The notes below the pieces were generated by a model that worked only from the letters and a program-made list of their open reading frames with translations, was not told the origin of the DNA and did not search any database. Below are positions 49,489 through 59,587 of a stretch of 64,000 bases of DNA, piece by piece. This stretch comes from Candidatus Helarchaeota archaeon (GTDB taxonomy: Archaea > Asgardarchaeota > Lokiarchaeia > Helarchaeales > RDOG01): positions 32,001 through 96,000 of the forward strand of contig JAHPZH010000007.1 in assembly GCA_019058315.1 (NCBI GenBank), read 5' to 3'. The stretch's first letter is position 1; every line of letters begins with the position of its first letter. Both the position numbers and the translations under genes were made by a program.

Positions 49489-51120
49489 TTGAGTGAAGAA
49501 TCTAAAAAGATATTCGTTTCTCCGCATATCGGAAAAATTGCTAAGGACCTAGATCTTCCGGAGAGAGTTTATATGTTTGATACGACTCTACGAGATGGCG
49601 AGCAAACTCCCGGTATATCGTTTACACTACAAGAAAAAATTCAAATAGCCACTCAATTGGATAAGCTAGGTATCGATATAATTGAAGCAGGAATGCCAGT
49701 AGTTTCTAAAGGTGATTATGAGGCATGCAAAAAAATTTCGAAACTAGGTTTAAATGCAGAAATAACCGGATTAGCTAGAATAAATCGTGTAGATATTGAT
49801 AAAGTTATTGAATGCGATATGAACTCAATTCATGTGTTCATAGCAACCTCTGATCTTCATTTAAAAGAAAAATTAAAAATGACAAGAGATGAAGTATTGG
49901 AAGCTATAACTAAAGAGACCGAATACGCTAAAGAACATTATTCAACTGTAGAATTCTCAGCAGAAGATGCTACACGAACTGATTTAGACTATTTAATAAA
50001 AGCAAACAATACAGCCGTTGAAGCAGGGGCTACTCGAATAAATATTCCTGATACTGTAGGAACCATCACTCCTCAAGGGTACGCTTATATCATTAGAGAG
50101 CATAAAAAAGTGCTACCTAAAAATGTTCGCATCTCAGTTCATTGCCATGATGATTTTGGATTGAGTACTGCGAATAGTATCGCTGGAGTAGAAGCTGGTG
50201 CAAGTCAAATCCATTCTACAATTCTGGGAATTGGAGAAAGAGCCGGTAATGTCTCTATGGAAGAAGTGGTAATGTCCTTATATGCATTATATGGAATCAA
50301 AGGTAATATGAAAATCAAATATCTTTACGAAACTGCAAAAATGCTTGAAAGAATGACGGGTTTTGAGATATCTCCAAATTTTCCACTAGTTGGTTCAAAT
50401 GCATTTAAACATGAATCTGGTATCCATGCCCATGCTGTCATTATGAACCCGCGCACTTATGAACCTTTGACTCCTGAATTAATCGGAGTACCACGTACTG
50501 ATAAACTTTCAGACATTATTGAAAAGTCGATATCAATAGGAAAACATACTGGAGGACATAGTCTAGGGGCTAAGCTTGAAGAATTTGGATTTTCAAATCT
50601 GTCTAAATCCCAATTCAATGAGATAAGAACTGAAATTAAGGAAATCGGAGATAAAGGGAAGCAAATATCAGATGCCGATTTGTTCGCGATCGCCACATCT
50701 GTTATTGGAGAAGTACCAGAGGAAGAAAAAACGATGAATTTGGAAGAACTGTCTGTTATGTGTGGTATAAATGTAACACCAACAGCAACAATTCGACTCC
50801 AAATAAAAACTAATGGTGAATGGATAGAACAAGTAGGATCTGCAATCGGAGTAGGACCAGTAGATGCAGCTTGTAATGCCTTACAAGAAGTTTATAATAA
50901 ATTTGGCTATGGAATAATTAAATTAAAAGAATATAACATTGAAGCAATAACAGGAGGAACTGACGCACTAGGACAAGTAAAAGTTTTGCTTGAAGATCAC
51001 AAAGGAGAACAATTAAAAGCCAGAGCAGTAGATCCTGATATTGTAAATGCCAGCATAAAAGCAATGATTAACGGTATGAATCGATATCTTGCCAAAAGAC
51101 GAATAGAAAACAGGAAATAA
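49489..51120 (+). CDS. leuA: 2-isopropylmalate/citramalate synthase with regulatory domain
   Basis: DTTLRDGEQTPG, HCHDDFG, GIGERAGN, HESGIH, GVGPVDA, AITGGTDA. Confidence 0.88.
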   Translation: MSEESKKIFVSPHIGKIAKDLDLPERVYMFDTTLRDGEQTPGISFTLQEKIQIATQLDKLGIDIIEAGMPVVSKGDYEACKKISKLGLNAEITGLARINRVDIDKVIECDMNSIHVFIATSDLHLKEKLKMTRDEVLEAITKETEYAKEHYSTVEFSAEDATRTDLDYLIKANNTAVEAGATRINIPDTVGTITPQGYAYIIREHKKVLPKNVRISVHCHDDFGLSTANSIAGVEAGASQIHSTILGIGERAGNVSMEEVVMSLYALYGIKGNMKIKYLYETAKMLERMTGFEISPNFPLVGSNAFKHESGIHAHAVIMNPRTYEPLTPELIGVPRTDKLSDIIEKSISIGKHTGGHSLGAKLEEFGFSNLSKSQFNEIRTEIKEIGDKGKQISDADLFAIATSVIGEVPEEEKTMNLEELSVMCGINVTPTATIRLQIKTNGEWIEQVGSAIGVGPVDAACNALQEVYNKFGYGIIKLKEYNIEAITGGTDALGQVKVLLEDHKGEQLKARAVDPDIVNASIKAMINGMNRYLAKRRIENRK

Positions 51121-51122
51121 AA

Positions 51123-52274
51123 TTAGAAGGATTTAATTCGACTAGCTATAGCATCTCCGACCTCTGAAGTCTTAGAACTACCTCCTAAATCATAGGTCTT
51201 TATTTTTCCTTCTTTTAATATCTCTTCTATTGCACGTTCTACTTGTTTTGCCCCATTTTTTAAATTTATATCATTATTTCTATTTCCAAGCCAATCTAAT
51301 AACATGTGAGCAGAGAGGATTGCCGCCATAGGATTAGCCTCATTTTTTCCAGCGTGTCGAGGAGCTGATCCATGAATTGGTTCAAACATACCTTTTTCAT
51401 CCCCAACATTACCACTAGCTGCCATTCCCATACTACCTTGTAAAACCGCAGCAAGATCTGTCGCGATATCACCAAACATATTTGGAACCACGCCAACATC
51501 ATACCATTCAGGATTTCTAATTATCCATTGAGTGAATGCATCTATAAATGCATAATCTTGTTCTATTTCAGGATAATGTTTGGCAATTTCTTGATATATT
51601 TGTCTGAATAATTTACAGCCTGCTGTGACATTACTTTTATCAATACAGGTAACTCTTAATTTACCATCGCTAGGAGACCCCTTATTTCTTTGAGTACAAT
51701 AATCGAATGCGAAATTAATTACTCGTTCTGACCCTTTTCTAGTAATTAATCTCGTATCCGTTGCAATCTCCACTTTTCCGCCCCTATCTAACTTTCCATG
51801 TGTATCTGAATACAACCCTTCTGTATTTTCCCTGATAACTACGAAATCAACATTTTCTGGTTTCCAAATCTGTCTAAATTCTCCTGAGATTTTATGTGGA
51901 ACTCCTTCATATAATTTAGTTGGACGAATATTTGCATAGAGATCTAAACCAAAACGCAATCCAAACAGAATATTTAATCCAACCATTTTTCCATCAGGAT
52001 ATGAAACAGTAGTTCCATCAGGATTTGTCCACCCAATTGCTCCTAATAAAATTGCGTCCGATTCTTTTTGACAAACTTCATAAGTTTCTGCAGGCCATTC
52101 TTCTTTTTTTCCATTTTTTAGCCAATATTGTCCGCCACAAGGATATTCAATAAATTCAAAATTAATACCTTTATTTTTTTCTTCTACAGCTTTTAAAGCC
52201 TTCAAAGCTTGGGGAACTACTTCTTGTCCTATTCCATCTCCTGGTAAAACAACTATCTTATATTTTTTTGTCAT
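51123..52274 (-). CDS. Isopropylmalate/isocitrate/tartrate dehydrogenase family protein
   Basis: [45 protein letters not shown]; adjacent to leuA. Confidence 0.88.
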   Translation of the reverse strand: MTKKYKIVVLPGDGIGQEVVPQALKALKAVEEKNKGINFEFIEYPCGGQYWLKNGKKEEWPAETYEVCQKESDAILLGAIGWTNPDGTTVSYPDGKMVGLNILFGLRFGLDLYANIRPTKLYEGVPHKISGEFRQIWKPENVDFVVIRENTEGLYSDTHGKLDRGGKVEIATDTRLITRKGSERVINFAFDYCTQRNKGSPSDGKLRVTCIDKSNVTAGCKLFRQIYQEIAKHYPEIEQDYAFIDAFTQWIIRNPEWYDVGVVPNMFGDIATDLAAVLQGSMGMAASGNVGDEKGMFEPIHGSAPRHAGKNEANPMAAILSAHMLLDWLGNRNNDINLKNGAKQVERAIEEILKEGKIKTYDLGGSSKTSEVGDAIASRIKSF

Positions 52275-52390
52275 AATAAATCACTCAATATATTACACAA
52301 AGTATAAATATTCAATTTCATGATTATTTTAAAATAATATCTTAATCGGGAAGATTGAGAATTGGACTGGAATTAACTTTATTAAGTCTG

Positions 52391-52421
52391 GAACGCCGCA
52401 TGCAAAGGTTTGGCGGCGTTC
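52391..52421. promoter_or_regulatory. GC-rich hairpin in the divergent intergenic region
   Basis: GAACGCCGC (52391-52399) / GCGGCGTTC (52413-52421), a perfect 9-bp stem. Confidence 0.5.
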
Positions 52422-52664
52422 AAAATCAAAATAGAGATACTCTAGCCCAAATTCTGTTTTTAAATTTTAAATTTCTAAATTTGAAATTAAGATTTACTCA
52501 TATTACTGCAACTTTTTCACTATTTTTCTGGTGCTGGCAGTAAGAAAATCTTAAATTTTCAAAGGAAATTTTTATATTTATTTGTTTTTTATCCCGAATA
52601 AGATTTTATTAATAAAAAATAATTATGGATAAAAAAAAAAATTAAAACAAACGGAGGTTAATAT

Positions 52665-53975
52665 ATGAAGGAACCAATTAAAATAATACTCGACCCCGAA
52701 GAACTTCCGAAACAATGGTATAATATGTTATCTGACACACCAGCACCCTTTCCCCCATATCTTCACCCAGGAACAAAAGAACCAATAACAGATCCGTCAT
52801 TCTTAATGGCATTATTCCCTAACGAATGCGTCAAACAAGAAGTGAGTCCAGAACGATATATAGATATCCCAGAAGATATAAGAGAAGCTTATTATCGTAT
52901 TGGGCGTCCCTCACCATTATATAGAGCAAAAAGACTTGAGGAAGCATTAAAAACTCCAGCAAAAATCTTTTTAAAAAGAGAAGATTTATCCCCTCCAGGA
53001 TCCCATAAACCTAACACAGCAATAGCACAAGCTTATTATGCAAAAAAAGAAGGGATTGAAAGACTCACCACTGAAACCGGAGCGGGACAATGGGGAAGTG
53101 CTTTGGCCTATTCTTGTGCATTAATGGGTCTGGGATGTAAAGTCTTCATGGTAAGAATTTCATACCAGCAAAAACCTTATAGAAAATATTTAATGAGTAT
53201 CTACGGTGCTGATATTTACCCAAGTCCATCGGATCAAACAGATTTTGGTAAAAAATTAATGGCAAAAGATAAAAACCATCCCGGAAGTCTAGGAATTGCT
53301 ATTTCGGAAGCTGTAGAGGCTGCAATGAAAGATGATGGCGCAAAATATACCCTTGGTAGCGTTTTAAACCATGTAATACTTCATCAAACAGTTGTTGGTC
53401 AAGAACTTATTAAACAATTTGAAAAAATTAATCTTGTACCAGATATATTAATTGGCTGCGTCGGTGGAGGAAGCAATTTTTCTGGTTTTGCATTCCCCTA
53501 TGCAGGTAAAAAATTACGTGGTGAATTAGATAAGGACCTAAAAATAATTACAGTTGAAGCTTCTGCTTGCCCACATATCACTGAGGGTGAATATAAATAC
53601 GATTATGGTGATACTGCTATGACGGCCCCTTTAGCTAAAATGTATACATTAGGTCATGATTTTGTTCCTCCACCAATTCACGCAGGAGGTTTACGTTATC
53701 ATGGCATGTCTCCAATGGTCAGTTTATTAGTAAAAGAAGGCGTGTTTGAGCCAAGAGCATATCCACAAGAACAAATTTTTGCCTCAGCTAAATTGCTAGC
53801 AGAAACCGAGGGATTAGTAACAGCTCCTGAAACCGCACATGCATTACATGCAACAATACTAGAAGCTAAAAAATGTAAGGAAACAGGCGAAGCAAAGGTT
53901 ATATGCTATAATCATTCGGGTCATGGTATGTTCGATTTGGAAGGATACAAAGAGATACTAAAATTACCCATCTAA
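52665..53975 (+). CDS. trpB2: Tryptophan synthase beta chain, type 2
   Basis: PKQWYN, GSHKPNTA, TETGAGQWG, GSLGIAISEA, PPPIHAGGLRYHG. Confidence 0.96.
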   Translation: MKEPIKIILDPEELPKQWYNMLSDTPAPFPPYLHPGTKEPITDPSFLMALFPNECVKQEVSPERYIDIPEDIREAYYRIGRPSPLYRAKRLEEALKTPAKIFLKREDLSPPGSHKPNTAIAQAYYAKKEGIERLTTETGAGQWGSALAYSCALMGLGCKVFMVRISYQQKPYRKYLMSIYGADIYPSPSDQTDFGKKLMAKDKNHPGSLGIAISEAVEAAMKDDGAKYTLGSVLNHVILHQTVVGQELIKQFEKINLVPDILIGCVGGGSNFSGFAFPYAGKKLRGELDKDLKIITVEASACPHITEGEYKYDYGDTAMTAPLAKMYTLGHDFVPPPIHAGGLRYHGMSPMVSLLVKEGVFEPRAYPQEQIFASAKLLAETEGLVTAPETAHALHATILEAKKCKETGEAKVICYNHSGHGMFDLEGYKEILKLPI

Positions 53976-54068
53976 ACCCCTTTTTTATTTTTACAACAAT
54001 TAAAATTCCTTTTTTTTGTATTGAATATTATTATAATATGTCATTGTAGAATTAATTGGTGAAATTTT

Positions 54069-54215
54069 TTGGTAAAAAAATGTTGTGTTAGTAATTGCCA
54101 AAAAGTGGTTAAAGAGGGAGAATATAAAGAAATTGGAGGAAAAATTTATTGTATTCAATGTGCAGTTCTTTTATATAGGGAGGTATTAGGTAATATGGGT
54201 GTTCAAATCGATTAG
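54069..54215 (+). CDS. Small Zn-finger (LIM-like) protein, 48 aa, not in ORF track
   Basis: TTG start after GGTGA SD; MVKKCCVSNCQKVVKEGEYKEIGGKIYCIQCAVLLYREVLGNMGVQID*. Confidence 0.7.
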   Translation: MVKKCCVSNCQKVVKEGEYKEIGGKIYCIQCAVLLYREVLGNMGVQID

Positions 54216-54219
54216 TTCT

Positions 54220-55104
54220 TCAACTTCTTAGGAAATATAACACTTTCCCCTTTGTTTCATCGTCTCCTAATTTGATTTGTCCTTGAACGTCTATTTTTGC
54301 ATTTTTACTTTTCACAGTGGACCAAGCTCCTAATTTACTTAATCCCTCAAAATTAAATAATATTTCTTGGCGTGATCTTAAATCTTCCATACCTTCTACT
54401 ACATTAGGTCCTTCTACTGTAATACGTTCTACTCCACTAAATCCACCCATTTCACGTGGACATGATACTACTAGTTTTTCAATCGGTTTCATTTGTTGTA
54501 TAAAATCTCTAATTACATAAGAGTAAATAGGAACACCTTCAATTTTAGTTTCTAATAATTCTTCTAGTAGTTTAAGACATAAATTTATTCTTATTTTAGA
54601 AACCCCTGATATTTGGATGTAACCATTATTACCTATCAAACACCTTATCCGTTCAATTGAATGATAAACATGAAATTTAAAACCGAGCTCTTCAGTAATT
54701 CTCGGAGATCCTTCAAAATCAAAAACAATATAAAGTCCCAACCCCTCAAATTTATCAAGAGTTAAATTAAAATCACTTTGGATTTTTTTATTCAATTCTT
54801 GAGTTATTTCTTCTTTAAATTCAACTAGATCTGCGATTTTTTCTATTTTTGAAGAATCATATCGATATAATATCCAATTTCTATTTTTAAGGTAGTTCTT
54901 CTCTTTTAATAACCATAAATCTTGAAACTGTTCAGTTGTTAATGTATTTCCTACTGTACTTTTAATAAGTTCAAATTTAGAAAGATTAGTTTCCTTAATC
55001 TTAAATTTCCAATCTTCTAGTAAATTAATTAAATCTTGGCGGTTGATTAGTTTAACTAAATGTCTTACCAATTCGTCTTTTAACTGTATTTTTGTTGATG
55101 ACAA
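54220..55104 (-). CDS. Hypothetical protein, possibly CENP-N/Chl4-like
   Basis: 294 aa; order of motifs resembles CENP-N/Chl4 (see findings). Confidence refers to the family call; the ORF itself is solid. Confidence 0.45.
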   Translation of the reverse strand: MSSTKIQLKDELVRHLVKLINRQDLINLLEDWKFKIKETNLSKFELIKSTVGNTLTTEQFQDLWLLKEKNYLKNRNWILYRYDSSKIEKIADLVEFKEEITQELNKKIQSDFNLTLDKFEGLGLYIVFDFEGSPRITEELGFKFHVYHSIERIRCLIGNNGYIQISGVSKIRINLCLKLLEELLETKIEGVPIYSYVIRDFIQQMKPIEKLVVSCPREMGGFSGVERITVEGPNVVEGMEDLRSRQEILFNFEGLSKLGAWSTVKSKNAKIDVQGQIKLGDDETKGKVLYFLRS

Positions 55105-55447
55105 TTAAACCACCTTATTTTTGAAATTTATAAATTATATGAGTTTGTAAATTTATTCTTCGAAATTATGTAAATAATTTTGTCGATATGTTAAAAAATT
55201 TAGTATTATCCTCATCCTTATAGTTTAAATTATTCTTAGCATCTTTTCTTAATTCATGAACTCTTATTAGTTTTTAAAATAAGTAATAATAAAATCATTA
55301 GAAAAAGATAAAATATGAAAAAATAATTTCAAATAAAACGAAACAAAATTAATTAGTTATAAATAATTAATGTTTTTAGAAGATCGATATCATTATAAAA
55401 TACCATAAAAATATTTCATATAACCAATTCACAAATAGGTATTAAAA

Positions 55448-55984
55448 ATGGGAACATACAAACTGAAGATGTTGCTTATTGGTGATGCTGCTGTTGGAAA
55501 AACATCACTGATAAAGAAATTCATCAAAGGTGCTTTCCAGAAAGATTACAAAATGACAATTGGTTGTGATATCTTTACAAAAGATGTTGAGTTGAATGAT
55601 GGTCAAGATCTCGTAACTCTATCTATTTGGGATATTGCAGGTCAAGATCGCTTTAAATTTTTCCGATCTTCATTCTATCGAGGTTCTGCAGGAGCTATGG
55701 TTGTATTTGATTTAACTCGTTATACTACATTCAACCCAAACGTTGTGAATTGGTTAAAGGAATTATGGTCATTTACTGGGCGAATTCCGATAGTAATTCT
55801 AGGTAATAAAGTAGATTTAATTAATATGAGGGCAGTACGTGCAAGTGACGCACAAGCTTTTGCAGATCAAGTTCCTTGTAATTATATAGAAACTTCCGCA
55901 AAAGAAGGACAATATGTGGATCAATCATTTGCAGCTTTAGCCATGAACATGTTACAAAATATGAAAAATAGAATGACCCCTTAA
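55448..55984 (+). CDS. Rab-like small GTPase
   Basis: GDAAVGKTS, TIG, WDIAGQDRF, NKVD, ETSAK; no C-terminal prenylation Cys. Confidence 0.95.
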   Translation: MGTYKLKMLLIGDAAVGKTSLIKKFIKGAFQKDYKMTIGCDIFTKDVELNDGQDLVTLSIWDIAGQDRFKFFRSSFYRGSAGAMVVFDLTRYTTFNPNVVNWLKELWSFTGRIPIVILGNKVDLINMRAVRASDAQAFADQVPCNYIETSAKEGQYVDQSFAALAMNMLQNMKNRMTP

Positions 55985-56416
55985 TTATTCATTTTCTTCC
56001 TTTAACTTTTTAGATAATTCAACCGGTTTCTCATCCCCTTGAAACTTTACTTTTATTGTAGGTCCTATCCCTAAAATTTTTCGTTGTAAAACTATGAGAT
56101 CATTTCTTGAAAGTTTACTTCTTAATTGATTTTGAGAAATTAAATAGATCAAAGTTTCAGTAATTCTTTCTGCCACTTTTGGATATTTTGGTTTAAGTTC
56201 GTTTATATAATAAATATAAGCATCTGATTCTAAAACAGCTTTCATTATTTTTAGTTTCGCTTCTTCAGTTTCCCCCTCTTTCTTTTTTCTTTCTTCTTCA
56301 AGTAATTTTTGTTTTGATTCCTCTTCTTTAGCATTTACTAAACGTTTTTGAAATTGTTCTAGCCGTTTTTTACGAATTTTTTCTAATTCGTCATCATCTG
56401 TCATTTTAGTTACCAA
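55985..56416 (-). CDS. PDCD5/TFAR19-like DNA-binding protein
   Basis: DDELEKIRKKRLEQ, VLESDAY, PKVAERI..LIYL. Confidence 0.8.
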   Translation of the reverse strand: MVTKMTDDDELEKIRKKRLEQFQKRLVNAKEEESKQKLLEEERKKKEGETEEAKLKIMKAVLESDAYIYYINELKPKYPKVAERITETLIYLISQNQLRSKLSRNDLIVLQRKILGIGPTIKVKFQGDEKPVELSKKLKEENE

Positions 56417-56563
56417 TTGTAAATTTTCATTTCTTCTAAATATTCAATTTAAATATAGTAATTTAAAGAATTTTATTTGAAATTTTTCTGTTTGAATGAA
56501 AAAGAAATTTTCAGATAAATAATGTAATTTATTATTAAAAAATGCTTATAGGATGGAGATTTA

Positions 56564-57862
56564 TTGTCCCAAAATGAAAAAATTATCGGCTCGGAAAGTC
56601 AAAGAGCCTTGATTAAAATGTATTCTGCTTATGTTAATAAATATAAGGCATCCTTTTTTAAAGATGTTCGGTTGGATATTGTTCAAGGTGAAAGATCCCG
56701 TTTACATATAAAGATGTTAGAAGGAAGAAAAAAAGGGGAAGCTCCCTTAGATTTAATTGATTGCAGAACTAGTGGAGGAGTATTTAATCTTGGACATGGA
56801 CATCCTGAAATAATAAAGACATTAAAAAAAGGAATAGATGCAGGTTTGGATATTGGTGATCATCATGTTATTAGTGAACAAAGGGCTCTTCTTGCAAAGG
56901 AGCTAGCTGAATTACTTCCTGGAGATATCTCAAAAACCCAATATTGTGTTGGTGGCGGAGAAGCTATAGATTTAGCAATAAAATTAGCAAGGGGAATAAC
57001 TAAAAGAAAAAAAATCATATCAGCAGAAGGAGGATATCATGGAGTGACAGGTTTTGCACTTGGTGCAGGAGATCCAAAATTCAAAGACACTTTTCTCTGG
57101 AATCTTCCCGATTTTCAACAAGTTCCATTTGGTGATATTGAAAGTATTAAGAAAGTAATTAATAATGATGTTGCTTGCGTAATTATGGAGACAATACAGG
57201 CAACTGGAGGTATTAAAATACCTTCTGAAGGATATTTCGCTACTATTAGGGAAATATGCGATGATATGGGAGTTATAATGATTGCAGATGAGGTCCAAAC
57301 TGGCCTTGGTAGAACAGGTGCAATGTGGGCTATTCATGGAGGTTTATATGAAACTGAAAAAGTAGTTCCCGATATTATTGTACTTGCTAAAGGGATGAGT
57401 GCTGGTTATTACCCGATGGCGACTTGTAGTTATAAACCATTTATAGAGGAAGTCTTTAAAGATGACCCTTTTTTACATATTAGTACAACTGGTGGCTCTG
57501 AACTTGGCTGTTATGTTACCAGAAAAATGCTGAAAATTATCTCTCAACAAAAATTTCTGAATCATGTAAAAGAAATGGGTATTTTATTTGGTAAAGGTTT
57601 GAACGAATTAATGGAAAAATATTCAGATTTAGTTGTAGATGTAAGGGGACGTGGTTTGATGTGGGGTGTTGAGTTTATTAATGAAATTTATGGACAATTC
57701 TTTACTCTAAATATGATAAAGAGCGGGGTTTTTGCTGATTATTGCGGAAATGATAAGGCTACAAATAAATTAATGCCCCCGTTAATTATTGAACCTGAGG
57801 ATGTTAACGAAATAATGAGCCGTCTTGATAAGGCTCTGAGTTTGTTCCCTAAAAAGAAATAA
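56564..57862 (+). CDS. Class III PLP aminotransferase
   Basis: NLGHGHP, GGEAID, YHG, DEVQTGLGRTG, LAKG, VRGRGLM. Confidence 0.93.
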   Translation: MSQNEKIIGSESQRALIKMYSAYVNKYKASFFKDVRLDIVQGERSRLHIKMLEGRKKGEAPLDLIDCRTSGGVFNLGHGHPEIIKTLKKGIDAGLDIGDHHVISEQRALLAKELAELLPGDISKTQYCVGGGEAIDLAIKLARGITKRKKIISAEGGYHGVTGFALGAGDPKFKDTFLWNLPDFQQVPFGDIESIKKVINNDVACVIMETIQATGGIKIPSEGYFATIREICDDMGVIMIADEVQTGLGRTGAMWAIHGGLYETEKVVPDIIVLAKGMSAGYYPMATCSYKPFIEEVFKDDPFLHISTTGGSELGCYVTRKMLKIISQQKFLNHVKEMGILFGKGLNELMEKYSDLVVDVRGRGLMWGVEFINEIYGQFFTLNMIKSGVFADYCGNDKATNKLMPPLIIEPEDVNEIMSRLDKALSLFPKKK

Positions 57863-57874
57863 TGAGAGGATCAA

Positions 57875-58837
57875 ATGAAAATTAATTCTGATCTAATAAA
57901 AAAATTAGAATATACCATTGATACTATCCATCCAGAAAGAGGAAAAGTCCCAATTAAAGTCCTTGGCTTCGGAGAGATAAGCCTAGTTTTTGAACTTATT
58001 GATGATCCTCAAAATATTGCTTATAAGAGACTTCCAATTTTTGATTCAGAAAGACAAGTAAAAAGGCACATTAAGGCATATAAAGAATACCATAGAATTT
58101 TAAAGGACGAAATTGGAATTAATGTTCCAGATTATGACGCAATATGGATAAAAAATCCAAAGGGAATAATTACATTATACTGTGCGCAAGAAAAAGTTCC
58201 TCCTAATTCAATTGGTAATAAAATTATTCATGAACTCCCAAATAAAGATGTAAAAAAATTAGTTCTGCTTGTTATGAATGAAATGAATAAAATTTGGCAA
58301 TATAATAAACAAAATAATAAGATAGAAGTAGGATTTGACGGGCAAATCTCTAATTTTGCTTTAATTGGCTACGATCCAAGTAATCCTAGTATTCCCAAAA
58401 ACCCTAAATTAGTTTATTTAGACACAAGCACACCGCTATATAGAAAAAATGGAATTGAAGCAATGGATGCGGAATTGTTTTTAAAAAGTGCTCCTTTTTT
58501 TCTGAAATGGCTTCTAAAAGCTCTATTTCTTCAAGAAGTTTTAGACCGTTATTATGATTGGCGATTAGTTACAATAGATTTAATTGCTAATTTCTTTAAA
58601 GAACAGAGATCCGAGCTAATTCCTGGATTAATTAAAGCAATTAACAATTTTTTTGCTCATAATGCAAAAGAATTTGATATTAATCCTATAACTTTGAAAG
58701 AAGTCTCAGATTATTATAAAGGTGATAAACAGATTTGGGAAATATTCCAATTTACGAGAAGGATTGATCGTTTTATTAAAGTAAAATTACTAAGGAAGCA
58801 ATATGACTTTTATTTACCAGAGAAAATTAAGAGGTAA
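57875..58837 (+). CDS. Kinase-like hypothetical protein (DUF6206-like)
   Basis: VLGFGEISLVF, AYKRLP, GFDGQISNF, YLDTSTP; 12 bp after the aminotransferase. Confidence 0.6.
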   Translation: MKINSDLIKKLEYTIDTIHPERGKVPIKVLGFGEISLVFELIDDPQNIAYKRLPIFDSERQVKRHIKAYKEYHRILKDEIGINVPDYDAIWIKNPKGIITLYCAQEKVPPNSIGNKIIHELPNKDVKKLVLLVMNEMNKIWQYNKQNNKIEVGFDGQISNFALIGYDPSNPSIPKNPKLVYLDTSTPLYRKNGIEAMDAELFLKSAPFFLKWLLKALFLQEVLDRYYDWRLVTIDLIANFFKEQRSELIPGLIKAINNFFAHNAKEFDINPITLKEVSDYYKGDKQIWEIFQFTRRIDRFIKVKLLRKQYDFYLPEKIKR

Positions 58838-58889
58838 TCCAGTTCGGTAATAGAATGGAAAATATTAAAAAAAATGAAAGTTTTTTTAT

Positions 58890-59444
58890 TCAAACTCTTT
58901 CACGTAAGGTAATCTTCTTTTTTTGGACAATATCTAATATTTCGTGTCCCCATTTCTCAAAATTCTCTTTCTTGGACGTATACCATTTCTGTTTCGATAG
59001 TAATTCATATAATTTGAGACAATTTTCCACCCCCTTCAGTTCTAGCCGAAGATTCTTACCCTTATTTGTCTCGTAAGGACCATACATGTTAATTCCATTT
59101 TTTTTAAAGAAAATCTTTATTTGATTTACAACTCGAAGGTCATTTTCGTTAAAAGTCAAGAAAAAAGTAGGTCGAGGAAAATAATATGAAATTTTTGGTG
59201 AACGAAGCTTAATTTGGATTAATAAATTTCTAAGTTCTTCTAATGATAATTCTTTTATCTTTTCACTTGTAATATAGTCAAGCTTACCATCATGTATGAT
59301 TTCACGGATGATATCATTTTTCTCCAAACTGTTGATATATGCTAAAGTATATTTCTTTCTAGATGTCGAGATTTTTTGAAGTGGAATGGAAAAACATCCC
59401 TTAGCTTCTACAAAACCTATTAACCATATAATTTCAATATCCAA
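58890..59444 (-). CDS. Single-motif LAGLIDADG homing-endonuclease-like protein, probably inactive
   Basis: WLIGFVEAKGCF, PTFFLTFNENDLRVV..IK.FF, KKENFEKW. Confidence 0.75.
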   Translation of the reverse strand: MDIEIIWLIGFVEAKGCFSIPLQKISTSRKKYTLAYINSLEKNDIIREIIHDGKLDYITSEKIKELSLEELRNLLIQIKLRSPKISYYFPRPTFFLTFNENDLRVVNQIKIFFKKNGINMYGPYETNKGKNLRLELKGVENCLKLYELLSKQKWYTSKKENFEKWGHEILDIVQKKKITLRERV

Positions 59445-59587
59445 ATCGCATTATTCCTTATTTTATAAATTTTATAATTATTTTTTTGTCTATGATTATA
59501 GACAAAACAAGTCTTATATAGATCTCCCCTCAAAAATCAAACAAGAAGAATTACTTATTGAATATTAATAACTTTAAGGTAATTTAA

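Noticed and set aside
52391-52421. SECIS element
   Set aside because: No adjacent gene with an in-frame TGA and no convincing SECIS core
52355-52543. 62-aa ORF as a real protein
   Set aside because: No recognisable features; kept only as a speculative shorter leader peptide
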